From: Clostridia bacterium
GTDB taxonomy: Bacteria; UBA6262; WVXT01
Assembly: GCA_009619095.1 (NCBI GenBank)
Contig: WJOT01000043.1
Span: forward strand, 1 to 57,308
Direction: 5' to 3'
Length of the DNA: 57,308 nt
In this document: positions 55,599-57,308 of the stretch, piece by piece
Layout of the letters: every line of letters starts with the position of its first letter
How positions within the stretch are numbered: position 1 is the stretch's first letter
Program-made: the position numbers and the translations under genes
The notes under the pieces: model-generated
The model's database searches: none
Told to the model about the DNA's origin: nothing
The model's input: the letters and a program-made list of their open reading frames with translations, nothing else

Positions 55599-56864
55599 AT
55601 GTATAAAAAATATCTAATAGATAACGGTTTGAAAATCATAACAGCTCCAATGAAAGGGACGCGAGCAGTCACTGTTTTGATTTTAATTGGAATAGGGTCT
55701 CGCTATGAATCTGAGCAACTGAACGGCATTACCCATTTTTTGGAGCATATGCTCTTTAGGGGAACGAGCAAGCGTCCAAGTGCCAAAACCATTTCCGAAA
55801 CTATTGATAGAGTAGGAGGAGAACTAAACGCTTATACCAGCGAAGAGACCACTGGCTTTTTCATTCACTTAGCCAGTCCTCACCTGGAGCTCGCTCTCGA
55901 TGTTCTTTCAGATATGTTACTTAGTTCCAAATTTGAAAGAGAAGAGATTGAAAAGGAAAAAGGCGTGATTTTGGAAGAGATTAATATGCATCAGGATAAA
56001 CCAGATATTCAGGTTGTAAATATTTATAAATCTCTACTCTACGGCAACCAGCCCCTGGGCTGGGAAGTAATCGGAAAGAAGGAGGTAGTTAAAAATATCG
56101 ATCGGGAAAAATTATTGGCTTATGGGAAGAAGAATTTTTCTTCCAATAATACTGTAGTTTCCATTGCTGGTGATGTCCAGTCTGGAAAGACTTCGGCTTT
56201 GGTTAAGAAGTATTTAAGAAGATGGAAAAACAGAAAAAAACCTTCTTACCTGCCTTTAGAAGAAAAACAGACCGCCCCTGCTACAACTCTTCAATATAGA
56301 AAGACTGACCAGGCTTATCTATGTCTGGGAGTAAGGACTTTTGCTTATAAACATCCCGACTATTATGTGCTCAGGGTTTTAAATACGATTCTGGGAGGAA
56401 TGGTAAGTTCCCGGCTCTTCGTTAGGCTTCGAGAAGAAGAAGGTATAGTTTATTCAGTTGATTCTTTAAGGGAATCTTATCTGGATGGGGGGAACCTGCG
56501 TGTCAATGCGGGAGTGGAGATAAACAAAACAGAAATTGCCATTACGACCATTTTGGAAGAGTTTAAAAGAATGTGTCAAGAAATTGTTGGAAAAGAAGAA
56601 TTGGGAAAAGCTAAAGAATACTTGAAAGGCAGACTGACTCTGGAACTAGAGCTTTCTCCAGGGGTAGCAAGTTTTCTGGGCCATCAAGAACTTCTTTTAG
56701 GAGAAATTAAACTGCCGGAAAAACAAATGAAAGAAATTGAAAAAGTTACTTCAGACGACATAAACAGAGTAGCCAAAAAGATTTTCGTTAAGGAGCACCT
56801 TAATCTGGCAGTAGTTGGTCCTTTTACAGACAAAGAAAAATTTGTAAAATTATTGAAATTTTAA
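55599..56864 (+). CDS. M16 family (pitrilysin) peptidase
   Basis: HFLEH inverted zincin motif, NAYTS, EKGVILEE, SSRLF..LRE. Confidence 0.94.
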   Translation: MYKKYLIDNGLKIITAPMKGTRAVTVLILIGIGSRYESEQLNGITHFLEHMLFRGTSKRPSAKTISETIDRVGGELNAYTSEETTGFFIHLASPHLELALDVLSDMLLSSKFEREEIEKEKGVILEEINMHQDKPDIQVVNIYKSLLYGNQPLGWEVIGKKEVVKNIDREKLLAYGKKNFSSNNTVVSIAGDVQSGKTSALVKKYLRRWKNRKKPSYLPLEEKQTAPATTLQYRKTDQAYLCLGVRTFAYKHPDYYVLRVLNTILGGMVSSRLFVRLREEEGIVYSVDSLRESYLDGGNLRVNAGVEINKTEIAITTILEEFKRMCQEIVGKEELGKAKEYLKGRLTLELELSPGVASFLGHQELLLGEIKLPEKQMKEIEKVTSDDINRVAKKIFVKEHLNLAVVGPFTDKEKFVKLLKF

Positions 56865-56872
56865 TTTTTCGC

Positions 56873-56901
56873 TTGATGAACAGCCCATTTATGTATATAA
56901 T
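56873..56901 (+). promoter_or_regulatory. Sigma70-type promoter
   Basis: TTGATG-17bp-TATAAT. Confidence 0.55.
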
Positions 56902-56922
56902 TCTATGGTGAAAGGACAAACA

Positions 56923-57308
56923 ATGCGTAAAATAAAAAAACCTCTACCAGTAAAGTTAATAATTGGTATGATATCTCCGAATGTAGACCTTTTCGACCAG
57001 CTAACACAAATTTTAGTTGAGAAATTTGGGCCGGTAGATTTGAAAAGCAATGTATTCAACTTTGACAAGACCGATTACTACGAAGAAGAGATAGGCAAAA
57101 ATTTAAAGAGACGATTTTTAAGTTTTTGCGAGTTAATTGAACCAAGGGGGTTAGTAGAGATTAAATTATTTACCAACAGTCTGGAAGAAAAGTTTTCGCT
57201 TTCCAAAGATGAACCAAGCCGTCTTATTAATCTTGACCCGGGTTATCTCGATTGTACAAAGCTGGTCTTAGCCAACACTAAAGATTCACCAAATAGAATT
57301 TATTTAAG
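56923..57308 (+). CDS. DUF4416 family protein (3'-truncated by window end)
   Basis: Manual translation: ...TDYYEEEIG..LKRRF..IKLFTN..RLINLDPGYL...KLVLANTK...RIYL. Confidence 0.85.
   Translation, partial: MRKIKKPLPVKLIIGMISPNVDLFDQLTQILVEKFGPVDLKSNVFNFDKTDYYEEEIGKNLKRRFLSFCELIEPRGLVEIKLFTNSLEEKFSLSKDEPSRLINLDPGYLDCTKLVLANTKDSPNRIYL

Noticed and set aside
602-55672. Numerous minus-strand ORFs in the track (e.g. 40394-41023, 44269-44931, 7335-7811)
   Set aside because: They are antisense shadows of well-supported + strand genes or span repeats, with no recognisable domains.

Overview
Core chromosomal segment from a low-GC diderm (LPS-making), probably anaerobic bacterium. It resembles uncultivated Elusimicrobiota/PVC-like lineages, but the taxonomy is not certain. 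Every credible gene is on the + strand. Gene order: a probably chimeric secD start, then secDF; a long lipid A/Kdo/LPS core and transport cluster (lpxK, waaA, lipid A acyltransferase, heptosyltransferases, Kdo kinase, GT2/GT4s, kdsB-ycaR-kdsA-kdsD-kdsC-lptCAB); a PTS cluster (ptsN, hprK, rapZ, mannose-family EIIABCD with a GH57 gene inside it, HPr, EI, PGI/PMI); HIT-rpsU-mpg-NIF3-dnaG-rpoD; nrdJ, MoaD, AOR, aldolase, Lrp; tRNA-Ile2(CAT); then assorted metabolic and envelope genes. Almost every intergenic gap holds short palindromic REP/MITE-like repeats of several families. The most striking locus is 45014-45537. A small GIY-YIG nuclease gene sits between a duplicated 5' part of the tRNA and the intact tRNA, and it borrows its stop codon from the tRNA. 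The intact tRNA is flanked by two tRNA-like copies whose anticodon arm (and, in one copy, the T arm) is precisely replaced by a CCCGAT-loop-ATCGGG hairpin. The same hairpin recurs across the window, nested in other repeats. Other oddities are an HprK lacking canonical catalytic residues, an apparently circularly permuted DUF4254 protein, and no rpoN/hpf between lptB and ptsN.
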